Assembly: GCA_964651635.1 (NCBI GenBank)
Contig: CAZYWT010000002.1
Coordinates: forward strand, 1-48,643
DNA from: an uncultured Candidatus Saccharibacteria bacterium
Lineage (GTDB): Bacteria > Patescibacteriota > Minisyncoccia > Minisyncoccales > CG1-02-41-26
Reading direction: 5' to 3'
DNA: 48,643 nt
Shown in pieces: positions 1 to 8,692 of this stretch. The notes beneath the pieces were generated by a model. That model did no database searches. It saw nothing but the letters and a program-made list of their open reading frames with translations, and was not told the DNA's origin. Each line of letters begins with the position of its first letter. The stretch's first letter is position 1. The position numbers and the translations under genes are program-made.

Positions 1-104
1 ATTTGCCAGAGGTCGGGTCTCTGGCGATTTGCCAGAGGTCGGGTCTCTGGCGATTTGCCAGAGGTCGGGTCTCTGGCGATTTGTCAGAGGTCGGGTCTCT
101 GGCA
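1..104. repeat. Four head-to-tail copies of a 26-bp unit ATTTGCCAGAGGTCGGGTCTCTGGCG (4th copy has 2 substitutions); array truncated by the window edge
   Basis: Units at 1-26, 27-52, 53-78 and 79-104 were read directly. The core CCAGAGGTCGGGTCTCTGG has self-complementary ends (CCAGAG/CTCTGG). It is the same core found as inverted pairs at 20779, 22412, 40591 and 48259. Confidence 0.9.
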
Positions 105-216
105 CTTGACTGTGTCGCTTGAATGTAGTTTATTACAATTACAAACCTCATTAAATCTCGGTCAGTTCGCAAATAATTCAACCGATTATATATCGTCAGA
201 CTTTAGATGATTTGAC
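105..216. mobile_element. Right-hand portion of a MITE-like element (internal segment plus terminal repeat)
   Basis: The segment TGTCGCTTGAATGTAGTTTATTACAATTACAAACCTCATTAAATCTCGGTCAG...GATGATTTGAC is collinear with 20821-20916. Its terminal block matches the right inverted repeat of the IS remnant at 14384-14446. Confidence 0.6.
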
Positions 217-261
217 ACATAATCTTGAAAACAAAACTTAAAAATGTTAAAGATATAATAT

Positions 262-531
262 ATGCCTATAACAAAGTCCGCCAAAAAAGCGTTGAGACAA
301 AACAAAAAAAGAAAGCAAGAAAATTCGGTTTTTAAGAGAAAGATGAAAGACATTATAAAAAAAATAGAAAAAGCGTTAAAGGAGGGGAAGCCCGAAGAAG
401 CAAAAAAAATTTTGCCGGACGCCTACAAGGCGATTGATAAAAGCGCTAAAAAGGGAATTATAAAAAAGAACACCGCTTCTCGCAAAAAGTCCAAATTAGC
501 GAGAATGCTTAAAAACGCTTCCAAAAGTTAA
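262..531 (+). CDS. rpsT: 30S ribosomal protein S20
   Basis: 89 aa and very basic. The N-terminus MPITKSAKKALRQNKKR and the stretch AYKAIDKSAKKGIIKKNTASRKKSKLARML are typical of bS20. Confidence 0.93.
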   Translation: MPITKSAKKALRQNKKRKQENSVFKRKMKDIIKKIEKALKEGKPEEAKKILPDAYKAIDKSAKKGIIKKNTASRKKSKLARMLKNASKS

Positions 532-1457
532 ATTTTTACGATAAATTCCCTTATACCGTCCATAAAAGACACCTTCCCCGTTTTTGTTTTCATATCTAAA
601 TAAAAAAGCTCGTTGTAAATTTTTTTTAGTTCTTCCATATTAAACTCTTCCGCTAACTTTTTTCCTTTTTGGCATACAAAGGGATGAAGGTTTAATTTTT
701 TAGAAAGGGAATAAGAGGATTCAAACGAGCCGCCGGCTTTAATTTTAATTAGATTTCTAAATTGGCTAACTATCATAGATAAAATTATAATCTCCGGCTC
801 CCCTTTTTGGAAATGTTTTTCCAAAGAATAAAGGGCTCTTTTTTTGTCTCTTTGGGCGATAAAGTCCATTGTTTGGAATATCCCCGTCTTTATCTCCGGC
901 GAGACCAAATCAACTATATCTTTTTCTTTTATTTCTCCTCTTTGTTTATAAGCGCAAAGTTTATCCGCCTCGCTCGCCAAACGAAACATATCCTCTCCGC
1001 AAAAATCTACGAATTTGTTTAAATTTTCTTTGTTTACAGAACACCCCCCCTCTTTAATTCTCCGGGCTATCCACTTTTTAAGCAACTCCCCTTTCGGCAA
1101 AGGAAACTCTTGTTTTTTGTCGCATATATCATCTAACAAACTTTTTAATTTACCCGGCGGGCTTTTACTCTCCACAAAAACGAGAGTATTGCTCTCTTTT
1201 TTTAATTTAGATTTGTTTTCTCCCGCCCATTTAATAAATTTTTCGTTTTGAGAAGCGTTTTTTAATATAATAAGTTTTTTGCTTTCAAAAACAGAGCTGC
1301 TTGCTATTTTCTCCTTCGCCTCTTCTTCTTTTCCTTCGGACAAATCAACCTCAAAAAACCCATATCCGCTCCTACCCGCGGACTTATATCTTTTTTTAAT
1401 TTCGGAAATTTTTTCTAAAATCTCTATTTTGTTCCCGCCGCTTAAAAGTAAAACCAT
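528..1457 (-). CDS. holA: DNA polymerase III delta subunit-like (HolA-like)
   Basis: 309 aa with no Walker A motif. Size and helical C-terminal half resemble delta subunits, and a holA-rpsT neighbourhood is common in bacteria. The call rests on pattern and context only. Confidence 0.55.
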   Translation of the reverse strand: MVLLLSGGNKIEILEKISEIKKRYKSAGRSGYGFFEVDLSEGKEEEAKEKIASSSVFESKKLIILKNASQNEKFIKWAGENKSKLKKESNTLVFVESKSPPGKLKSLLDDICDKKQEFPLPKGELLKKWIARRIKEGGCSVNKENLNKFVDFCGEDMFRLASEADKLCAYKQRGEIKEKDIVDLVSPEIKTGIFQTMDFIAQRDKKRALYSLEKHFQKGEPEIIILSMIVSQFRNLIKIKAGGSFESSYSLSKKLNLHPFVCQKGKKLAEEFNMEELKKIYNELFYLDMKTKTGKVSFMDGIREFIVKI

Positions 1458-1523
1458 AAAAGCATTATACCAACTAAAACGAGTTTATGAAATTAGAAAT
1501 AAAGAGTTTACTAAAAATGTTTA

Positions 1524-2384
1524 TTATTTTTGGCATTTAGAGCAAAAATGGGCGCTGCGAGAGTTCACTTTTTTTCTTTTTATTTCTTCTCCGCAATTTA
1601 GGCATTTTTGCCCTTCTTTCCTATAAACTTTTAGCCGCCTGCCATACTCCCCCCTTCTCCCTTCTATATCTCTGTAATCTGAAACAGAAGTCCCCTTTTC
1701 TTTTATGGCTTCTCTTAAAATTTTTTTGGCGTTTTTATATATTCTCCCAATCTCCTCCCGAGCCAAATCTTTAATCACCCTCTCTGGATGGATTTTAGAC
1801 AAAAACAAGACCTCGTCGGAGTAAATGTTCCCAATCCCCGACACAACGGATTGCTTCATTAGGGCGGTTTTTATTTTCCCTTTTTTGTTTTTAATTCTTT
1901 CAATAAATTTTTCTTCTGTTATTTCAAAGGGGTCCGGAGCCACATCCTTCAACTCTTCTTGGATTTCCTTGTTTTTCCCCAACATAACTTTAGCAAACTT
2001 CCTAATGTCGGGTAAGGCGATTTGCTCTCCGCTTTTCAAAAACAAAACAAGATGAATATAAGAGTTTATTGGGTCGTCTTTTATGGGTCCGTTTTGGGGG
2101 TAGAACCATTTTCCGTTCTCATATCTCCACTTCCCCCGCAAGAGATGCCCGCTCATTTTTTGGTGGATAAGCAAAGACCAGCTCCCGCTTAAAGAAAAAA
2201 TTATATTCTTGCCCTTTCTTCTTATGTCTTTTATTTTTTTGTTTTTGATAATTTTTCTAAATTCTCCCGAAGTTTTCCCTTTAAGAATATTGGGAGAATC
2301 CGTCCAAAAATCAACAAAGACCCCGTTTAGGGCCCTTGTTTTTAGTCCTTGAATTGTGGTTTCCACTTCCGGAAGTTCCGGCAT
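1524..2384 (-). CDS. mutM: Formamidopyrimidine-DNA glycosylase (Fpg/MutM)
   Basis: N-terminal MPELPEVE carries the catalytic Pro2/Glu3. The C-terminal zinc finger reads CLNCGEEI...HFCSKCQ. Length is 286 aa. Confidence 0.9.
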   Translation of the reverse strand: MPELPEVETTIQGLKTRALNGVFVDFWTDSPNILKGKTSGEFRKIIKNKKIKDIRRKGKNIIFSLSGSWSLLIHQKMSGHLLRGKWRYENGKWFYPQNGPIKDDPINSYIHLVLFLKSGEQIALPDIRKFAKVMLGKNKEIQEELKDVAPDPFEITEEKFIERIKNKKGKIKTALMKQSVVSGIGNIYSDEVLFLSKIHPERVIKDLAREEIGRIYKNAKKILREAIKEKGTSVSDYRDIEGRRGEYGRRLKVYRKEGQKCLNCGEEIKRKKVNSRSAHFCSKCQK

Positions 2385-2388
2385 AATT

Positions 2389-2754
2389 TTAAGAAAGAAT
2401 ATTTTTTACTTTTTCTATTATCTCATTAGGAGTAAAATGCGCTTTAACTAAATAATCAACCGCTCCAAGCTTCAGCCCTTTTTCCACATCTTCTCTCTGC
2501 CCTAAATTGGAAAGAATTATAATAGGACAAGAAGGCATACCATCGTCATTTTTTATTTTTGAAAGCACTTCAAACCCATCCATCCCGGGCAAGATAAGGT
2601 CTAAAAGAACAACATCCGGTTTCTCGCTTTTTATTTTTTCCATTCCCTTTTCCCCGTCTATCGCTTCTATTATTTCAAAATTTTCGCCGGAAAGCTTTTT
2701 GGATATTAATTCCCTTAAAAATTTGTCGTCTTCAATTATTAGAATTTTTGCCAT
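2389..2754 (-). CDS. Single-domain response regulator (CheY-like receiver)
   Basis: 121 aa. It has the acidic pocket IIEDD, the phospho-acceptor context VVLLDLILPGMDG, the conserved S in IIILSN and the conserved K in DYLVK. There is no output domain. Confidence 0.85.
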   Translation of the reverse strand: MAKILIIEDDKFLRELISKKLSGENFEIIEAIDGEKGMEKIKSEKPDVVLLDLILPGMDGFEVLSKIKNDDGMPSCPIIILSNLGQREDVEKGLKLGAVDYLVKAHFTPNEIIEKVKNILS

Positions 2755-2756
2755 AT

Positions 2757-3125
2757 TTAAGAAATTTGTTTTTTGACCTTTTCCAAGACCTCGGGGATAT
2801 TAAACTTTGTCTTTATAAGCCAGTCCCGCGCTCCCAAACTCTTCGCTTTCTCAATTTCCGAGGGACGCCCCGAGTTAGAAATAACAATTATTGGGATTGA
2901 AGCGGTTTCTTGAAAGTTTTTTATTTCTTTTATCGTTTCAAAAGCGTCTTTTTCTTTTGGGGGAAGAGCCAGCGCAACAAGAGCGGGACGCTCTTTTTTT
3001 ATTGTGTTCACCGCTTCTTTAAAGTTTTCCACGACTATCGGCTCGTATCCTTCTTCCTTAAACTTGTCGGATAAGAGATTATATACTATTTTTTCGTTTT
3101 CGACAATAACAATTTTTTTCGTCAT
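2757..3125 (-). CDS. Receiver-fold protein lacking the phospho-acceptor Asp (pseudo-receiver)
   Basis: 122 aa, alignable residue-for-residue with the neighbouring receiver. EDD is replaced by ENE, and LLDLILPG is replaced by VALALPPK (Asp to Ala). The S (IVISNS) and K (WLIK) positions are kept. Confidence 0.75.
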   Translation of the reverse strand: MTKKIVIVENEKIVYNLLSDKFKEEGYEPIVVENFKEAVNTIKKERPALVALALPPKEKDAFETIKEIKNFQETASIPIIVISNSGRPSEIEKAKSLGARDWLIKTKFNIPEVLEKVKKQIS

Positions 3126-3170
3126 AAAACTTATTGTTAAAATAAATCTCTTTCTTTATTTTATCATATT

Positions 3171-4694
3171 TTAATTCAAAGGCAAGGTAAAATAAAAGAT
3201 GGAGCCCTTTTCTTCCCCCGACTCAAACCAAATCTTTCCCTTATGCGCTTCCACTATGTTTTTTGTGATATATAATCCCAGTCCCGTTCCTTCCGTCTCC
3301 GATTTTACGGCATTAGCCCCGCGGAAAAAACGAGAAAAAACTCTTTTTTGCTGCTCTTTTGATATTCCTATCCCAGTGTCCTCAACTTTAAATAAAATGT
3401 CTCCTTTCTTCTTTCGCAAAGAAGCGCTCATTTTTACCGCGCCGCCTTTGGATGTATAGTGGATAGCGTTTTCCGTTAAGTTTTGAAAAACAATTGATAT
3501 TTTTTCTCCGTCTATTTTTATATGGGGTATTATTTCTTCGGGTTTTTGAAATTTGAATTCCACCCCCTTTCTTTTGGCTAAATCGCTAATTGGAGATATT
3601 GCCTCTTCGGCTATTTCTATAACATTTTGGCGGCGAGGTTTGTATATAAATCTTCCTTCTTCAATTCTGGTGGCGTTTAACAAGTCACTTATAAGATGGA
3701 CCATTCTTTCATTACTTTTATATGTTTTAAGCAAAAAATCTCTTTGCTCGCTGGTAATTTTCCCTAAATCTCCGTCCAGCAACATTTTTAAGGTCCATTT
3801 TATCGCGGAAAGAGGAGTTCGCAGTTGATGGGCGGCTATGGAAACAAATTCCGTTTTAAGTTTTTCCATAACTTTGCTTCTTGTTATGTCCCCTAAAATA
3901 ACAAGCGTCCCGATTCGTTCGTTTTTCCCCATTACAGAAATGCGAGAAACTTCCAAAATAAGATTACCGCCAAAAAGCGAGACCTCTTCTTTGCCCGCGC
4001 TTTCTTTGCTTTCCTTTAACGCTTCCAGCAGTGATTCCAAAGATTTTGATGAAAAAAAGTCGGATAAAGTTTTTCCTTTCGCTCCTTCTTCGGACACATT
4101 AAAGATATCTTTCGCTTTTGGGTTTAAGGAAGAAATTTTACCGCTTTTGTCTAAAAATATAAGGCCTTCGGGAAAATTTTTTACAATAGCCGTTGTTTTG
4201 TCTTTTTCTATTTCGGCCGAACGCTTTGCCTCCTCTATATCTTCGGTAATATTTAAGAGAGCGTCGCGAGAATCTTTAAGTTCTTTGGCAAAATCCCGTA
4301 AACGAGATAACTTCTTTTTTTCTTGATATTCTTGAATTTTTTGAGAAGAAATATCCCGAAAAGAAAAGATAATTCCTTTCTCTCCTTCTCCCTCCCCCAC
4401 CAGGGAAACAAAAAGGTCCACAAAATAGGGTTTGTCAGAAAAATAGAACTTAACTTCCTCGTTTATAATTTTTTTTTCGTTTTTAATTTCTTTTTTTATC
4501 TCCTCAAAGGAGCGAGGAGCGGCGAAAAACTCTCCAATATCTTTCCCTAAAATTTCCTGTTTTTTTAGATTAAAATGGGAGAGAAAGGACCAAGTAGCCC
4601 CTTCAATCTTAAAATTTGTTTTAGTCCAACAAATAGGAAGCGGGAATACCCTTATTATGTCCGCGGCGGTTATTTGTGAATTTTTATTTCCCAT
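3171..4694 (-). CDS. Soluble PAS-domain sensor histidine kinase
   Basis: H-box SIAAHQLRTPLSAI, N-box FQNLTENAIHYT, G1 VEDTGIGI and G2 GTGLGLYI are all present. There are two PAS-like N-terminal segments, a coiled-coil linker and no TM helix. Confidence 0.9.
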   Translation of the reverse strand: MGNKNSQITAADIIRVFPLPICWTKTNFKIEGATWSFLSHFNLKKQEILGKDIGEFFAAPRSFEEIKKEIKNEKKIINEEVKFYFSDKPYFVDLFVSLVGEGEGEKGIIFSFRDISSQKIQEYQEKKKLSRLRDFAKELKDSRDALLNITEDIEEAKRSAEIEKDKTTAIVKNFPEGLIFLDKSGKISSLNPKAKDIFNVSEEGAKGKTLSDFFSSKSLESLLEALKESKESAGKEEVSLFGGNLILEVSRISVMGKNERIGTLVILGDITRSKVMEKLKTEFVSIAAHQLRTPLSAIKWTLKMLLDGDLGKITSEQRDFLLKTYKSNERMVHLISDLLNATRIEEGRFIYKPRRQNVIEIAEEAISPISDLAKRKGVEFKFQKPEEIIPHIKIDGEKISIVFQNLTENAIHYTSKGGAVKMSASLRKKKGDILFKVEDTGIGISKEQQKRVFSRFFRGANAVKSETEGTGLGLYITKNIVEAHKGKIWFESGEEKGSIFYFTLPLN

Positions 4695-5025
4695 TGGAAT
4701 TATTCTTTAAGCGAGATTCCAATTTTTTCACCAGTTCTTTAAGTTCTGATATTCTGCTTTCCCTCCCTACCGCTAATTGGTGAAATTTTTCCAAATCGGC
4801 CAGACGAGCTTTTAATTGCCTGGTCCTCTCCTCGTTTTCTTTTTTTAATGTTTCATATTGCTCGGCCAATTGCCGCGTCCGGGCTTGAGCCCTTATCTCC
4901 AAAGAGTCCCTTTCTCTTTTTGTTTTTAGATAACCCCTTCTTTTTTTTGCTATCCATATTAAAAACAAAACATTAAGGGAGAGAGACGCCCCCAAAATTA
5001 CAATTATAATTGTTTTTTGAAGCAT
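4684..5025 (-). CDS. Membrane-anchored coiled-coil protein, unknown function
   Basis: 113 aa with an N-terminal TM helix (IIIVILGASLSLNVLFLIWIA) followed by a heptad-like charged helix. Its 3' end overlaps the kinase start by 11 nt, which suggests co-translation. Confidence 0.5.
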   Translation of the reverse strand: MLQKTIIIVILGASLSLNVLFLIWIAKKRRGYLKTKRERDSLEIRAQARTRQLAEQYETLKKENEERTRQLKARLADLEKFHQLAVGRESRISELKELVKKLESRLKNNSNGK

Positions 5026-5029
5026 ATTT

Positions 5030-7243
5030 TTATTTTATCATCTCTTCCAACCCTTTCCAATTGTCTCCCGCTTTTAAGTTTACTTTTAATTTGGGTTTTA
5101 TGTCTATGATATTCTCCATTATTTTCTTTATTTCTCTTCCTTTTTCTTTTATTTTTTGGGGAAGAACCTCAAAAAGAAGTTCATCGTGAATTTGTAAAAG
5201 AAGAGAGCAATTATTTTCTATTACTCCCCTCTCTTTTAGCAGAATCATAGATTTTTTTATAATATCCGAAGCCGAGCCCTGAACTCTTGTGTTGACAGCC
5301 ATTCTTTCCGCTTGGTTTCTTACTCTGTTATCTTTGGAATTTATTTCTTTTAACACTCTTCTTCTCCCCCAAATTGTTTCAACAAATTCGTTCTCTCTGG
5401 CTTGTTTTATCGACTTTTCCCTAAAAGAAGCAACGAGTGGAAATTTTTGGAAATAATCATTTATAAATTTTTTCGCCTCCGAAAAAGACAGGGCGGTCCG
5501 CTCGGAAAGCCCCCAAGCCCCCATTCCGTAAATTATCCCAAAATTTAAGGATTTAGCCAAAAATCTTTCTTTTTTACCGATATCTCCGACGGGAATTCCT
5601 AAAATAAGAGAAGCGGTTTGTTTGTGAATGTCCGCCCCTTCCTCAAATAATCTAATCATTTCTTTTTCTCCCGCTAAATAAGCCGCTATTCTTAATTCTA
5701 TTTGAGAATAATCGGCGGACAAAAACAAATAACCTTCCCGCGGGATAAACCCTTTTCTAACCCGATTGCCTAAATCACTTCTTGCGGGGATATTTTGAAG
5801 ATTGGGATTAGAGCAGCTTATTCTCCCCGTTTCCGCCCCAAATTGATGAAAAGTGGGATGTATTCTTCCGTCTTTTTTTATTTCTTTTAGCAGCGGCTCT
5901 AAAAATCCCGTTTTTATTTTAACTATTTCTCTTAAATCCAATATCAAAGAAACAATTTTATGCTCTTCTTTTATTTTTTTAAGTTCGGAAGCGCTGGTGG
6001 AGATAGCCCCTTTGGGAGTTTTATTTAATTGACGAGAAGGAATGTTCATTTTTTGAAAAAGCATTTTAGAAACTTGGCTGGGAGAGTTGGGATTAAATTC
6101 TTCTCCCGCTTCCTTAAAAATTTCTTTTTTTAGAGCGGATATTTTATCCCCTAATTCTTCTCGCATTTCCAAAAAAATCCTTTTATCCACCCTCACCCCC
6201 TTTTGACTCATTTCCTCTAAAATAGGAGAAAGTTTTTTTTCTATTTCGTAAATTTTGCGGGAAAGAGTTCCTTCCTTAAAATGTCTTTCCGCTTCTCCTG
6301 TTTTTTTGTCAGCGCCGGCATTTTCGTTAGTGTTTTTTGTTTTTATTGTTTTATTCCCCTCTTTATTGTTGGCGGGCAATTTATCTATTAAACTAAAAAA
6401 TTCCATTTTTTGGAAAAATTTACCAATTCTTTCTCTGTCAAAATTAATTTTGATATTTTCTTTATTTAATTTAATAGAAGCGTCTTTTTTTACTCTCGCC
6501 AAATCGCGGGAAAGAAACGCTTGACTTTCGTTTTTTATAAGATTGTTTTTCACCCCTTCTTTGAGGGAAGAATTCTTTTGGCGCGCTTCTTTGTAAACCC
6601 CTTCTAAATTTTTGTATTTTAGCAGAAGTTCTATGGCGGTTTTTTTGCCCACCCCCGGCGCGCCGGGAATATTATCGGACTGGTCCCCGCAAAGCCCCCT
6701 ATAATCATCAAGTTGGGAGGGTAGAAGTCCTTCGTATTTTTCTTTCACCCGATTTTCGTCAAATAAAACCGGCTCGGAAAAACCTCTTTGGGGCGTCCAG
6801 ACCTTAATCTTTGGAGAAACGAGAGCGAGAGCGTCCATATCCCCGGTTATTATAATTACTTCGTCTTCTTTTTGAGAAAAACGAGTAGCCAGCGCGGCTA
6901 TTATGTCATCCGCTTCCAGCCCTGAAATTTCTAAAAACGGAACTCTGAACGCGCCGAGCATTTCTTTTATTTTGGGAATTTGGGCGTAAAGTTCCTCGGG
7001 GGCTTTTTGTCTTTGAGCTTTATAGTCCTTAAATTTTTTGTGGCGAAAAGAAGGACCGGGGGCGTCAAAGGCGCAAATAACTCCTTCTGGCTTTAACGCT
7101 TTAATGGATTTTAGAAAAATAGAAGCAAAGCCGTAAATGGCGTTTGTTATCTCGCCTTTCTCCGTTTTAAGTGGAGGAAGAGCGTAATAAGCTCTGTGGG
7201 CAAGAGAGTTCCCGTCTATTATAATGATTCTTTTTTTCGCCAT
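5030..7243 (-). CDS. polA: DNA polymerase I (5' nuclease + polymerase domains; no room for a 3'-5' exonuclease domain)
   Basis: The 5' nuclease N-terminus reads IIDGNSLAHRAYYA and GDQSDNIPGAPGVGKKTA. Polymerase motif A is LLSADYSQIELRI, motif B is RFLAKSLNFGIIYG and motif C is LLQIHDELLFE. The protein is only 737 aa. Confidence 0.93.
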   Translation of the reverse strand: MAKKRIIIIDGNSLAHRAYYALPPLKTEKGEITNAIYGFASIFLKSIKALKPEGVICAFDAPGPSFRHKKFKDYKAQRQKAPEELYAQIPKIKEMLGAFRVPFLEISGLEADDIIAALATRFSQKEDEVIIITGDMDALALVSPKIKVWTPQRGFSEPVLFDENRVKEKYEGLLPSQLDDYRGLCGDQSDNIPGAPGVGKKTAIELLLKYKNLEGVYKEARQKNSSLKEGVKNNLIKNESQAFLSRDLARVKKDASIKLNKENIKINFDRERIGKFFQKMEFFSLIDKLPANNKEGNKTIKTKNTNENAGADKKTGEAERHFKEGTLSRKIYEIEKKLSPILEEMSQKGVRVDKRIFLEMREELGDKISALKKEIFKEAGEEFNPNSPSQVSKMLFQKMNIPSRQLNKTPKGAISTSASELKKIKEEHKIVSLILDLREIVKIKTGFLEPLLKEIKKDGRIHPTFHQFGAETGRISCSNPNLQNIPARSDLGNRVRKGFIPREGYLFLSADYSQIELRIAAYLAGEKEMIRLFEEGADIHKQTASLILGIPVGDIGKKERFLAKSLNFGIIYGMGAWGLSERTALSFSEAKKFINDYFQKFPLVASFREKSIKQARENEFVETIWGRRRVLKEINSKDNRVRNQAERMAVNTRVQGSASDIIKKSMILLKERGVIENNCSLLLQIHDELLFEVLPQKIKEKGREIKKIMENIIDIKPKLKVNLKAGDNWKGLEEMIK

Positions 7244-7680
7244 ATAATTTTTATAGTCCTTTTACTTTCCCCCTCCGTCTGAAAGTAAATATCGGCGGTT
7301 TTTTTATTTATCGCGCCATCCGCCCTCTCCCCCCACTCTATAATAACAATATTTTGCGGTTTTTCTAAAATTTCTTCCCGACCAATAAGAGATTTTACCT
7401 CTCGGGAGGAATTCACTCTATAACAATCAATGTGATAAAGTTTTCTAAATCCCGCTTTTTTAATTTTATATTCCTTCATTAAAGTAAAAGAAGGACTTTT
7501 AACTTTGCCTTTTACGCCCAACCCTTTCGCAAATCCTTGAATAAAAGTTGTCTTTCCAGTCCCCAAATCGCCCCGACATAAGATTACGGCGGGACCTTTT
7601 ATCTTTGCTAATTCTCGGGACAATTTTAATCCTTCGTTTTTTGTTTCGCTCTCCGATTCGGTTTTAATAATAATTGACAT
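7219..7680 (-). CDS. tsaE: tRNA t6A37 threonylcarbamoyl-transfer ATPase TsaE
   Basis: 153 aa with the P-loop GDLGTGKTTF and the motifs SPSFTLMKEY and YHIDCYR. It overlaps the polA start by 25 nt. Confidence 0.85.
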   Translation of the reverse strand: MSIIIKTESESETKNEGLKLSRELAKIKGPAVILCRGDLGTGKTTFIQGFAKGLGVKGKVKSPSFTLMKEYKIKKAGFRKLYHIDCYRVNSSREVKSLIGREEILEKPQNIVIIEWGERADGAINKKTADIYFQTEGESKRTIKIIWRKKESL

Positions 7681-7710
7681 TTTGCTTTTTTTGGATTAGT
7701 TTTAATAAAT

Positions 7711-8688
7711 ATGGAGGAAGTAGATGAATTAAAAAAGGGAAGAGATTTGATAGAAACTTCACAAACAATATCTGTATTCGCTTCGGAAAAAAACCGGGAA
7801 AATTTAACCGCGGCTTTGGGTCTTTTATTTAGTTTAAAAAAAATAGGGAAAAAAGTAAATCTTATAAATTCATCGTTGCCGCGCGAGTATAGTAAAAAAC
7901 TAAGCAAATTCGGCATTTTTTTTGGAGGAGCCGATTTTTTAATATCAATAAAAGAGCGAAAAACAAAAGTTTCTCAACTTTTTTATGAGAAAACGGAAAC
8001 AGAAACAAAAATATACTTAAAATCGGAAGGAGGAGTGAACCCAAAGGATATAAAATTCGACATTCCGGAGCAAAGCGAGCTTTTAATAGTTTTGGGAGAT
8101 TTTAGCCCAAAAACAACGGATTCTCTTTATAATTTTAAGGGAAACATTATAAATATAAATAACCATTTTGGCGGGGTAGGGGGAGATGTTAATATAATAA
8201 GAGAAAACTATTCCCTATCAGAGATAGTATTTGATTTTCTAAAAACTTTTCATAAAATAGACCCTCTCTCCAAAAAATTTCTATTGGGAGGAATAATAAA
8301 AAAAATTATTGAAGAGAACGAATTAAGGTTGGAAACAGAAAATAAAATAAGACCCCTTTTGGGGAGAAACTTAAATCTTTTCTTAACGCTTTCGGAAAGA
8401 ATAAACCAAGAAAACCATTTTGTTTGGGGAGAATTAAAAAGAAGCGATATAAAAAATTCAAAAGCAATATCCATCTTTCTGCCTTTTACCCCCATAGTTT
8501 TTCCTGAAGATATTTTTCTGCTTCTTTGGGAGGAGAAAGCGGCAAAAAGAGGAGTAATTAGAACCCCCGGGAGAAACAAAGCCAATAAAATTCATAAAAG
8601 GTTGGGAGGACAACAAAAAAACAACTGGATACTTTTTAACTCGAGAGAAAATATAATGTCTTTGAAAAATAAAATATTTTTTATTTAA
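7711..8688 (+). CDS. Hypothetical protein with a degenerate DHH/NrnA-like layout
   Basis: 325 aa. The N-terminus TISVFASEKNRENLTAALGLLFSLKKIGKKVNLI mimics the NrnA motif I/II region without its His/Asp residues. IININNHFGG sits where the DHH motif would be, reading NNH. This is a pattern-only call. Confidence 0.35.
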   Translation: MEEVDELKKGRDLIETSQTISVFASEKNRENLTAALGLLFSLKKIGKKVNLINSSLPREYSKKLSKFGIFFGGADFLISIKERKTKVSQLFYEKTETETKIYLKSEGGVNPKDIKFDIPEQSELLIVLGDFSPKTTDSLYNFKGNIININNHFGGVGGDVNIIRENYSLSEIVFDFLKTFHKIDPLSKKFLLGGIIKKIIEENELRLETENKIRPLLGRNLNLFLTLSERINQENHFVWGELKRSDIKNSKAISIFLPFTPIVFPEDIFLLLWEEKAAKRGVIRTPGRNKANKIHKRLGGQQKNNWILFNSRENIMSLKNKIFFI

Positions 8689-8692
8689 TTTT

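Noticed and set aside
1-104. Possible CRISPR array at the window start
   Set aside because: The 26-bp units are directly contiguous with no spacers, and no cas genes are nearby. The same core occurs as dispersed palindromes, so it is a tandemly amplified repeat element and not CRISPR.
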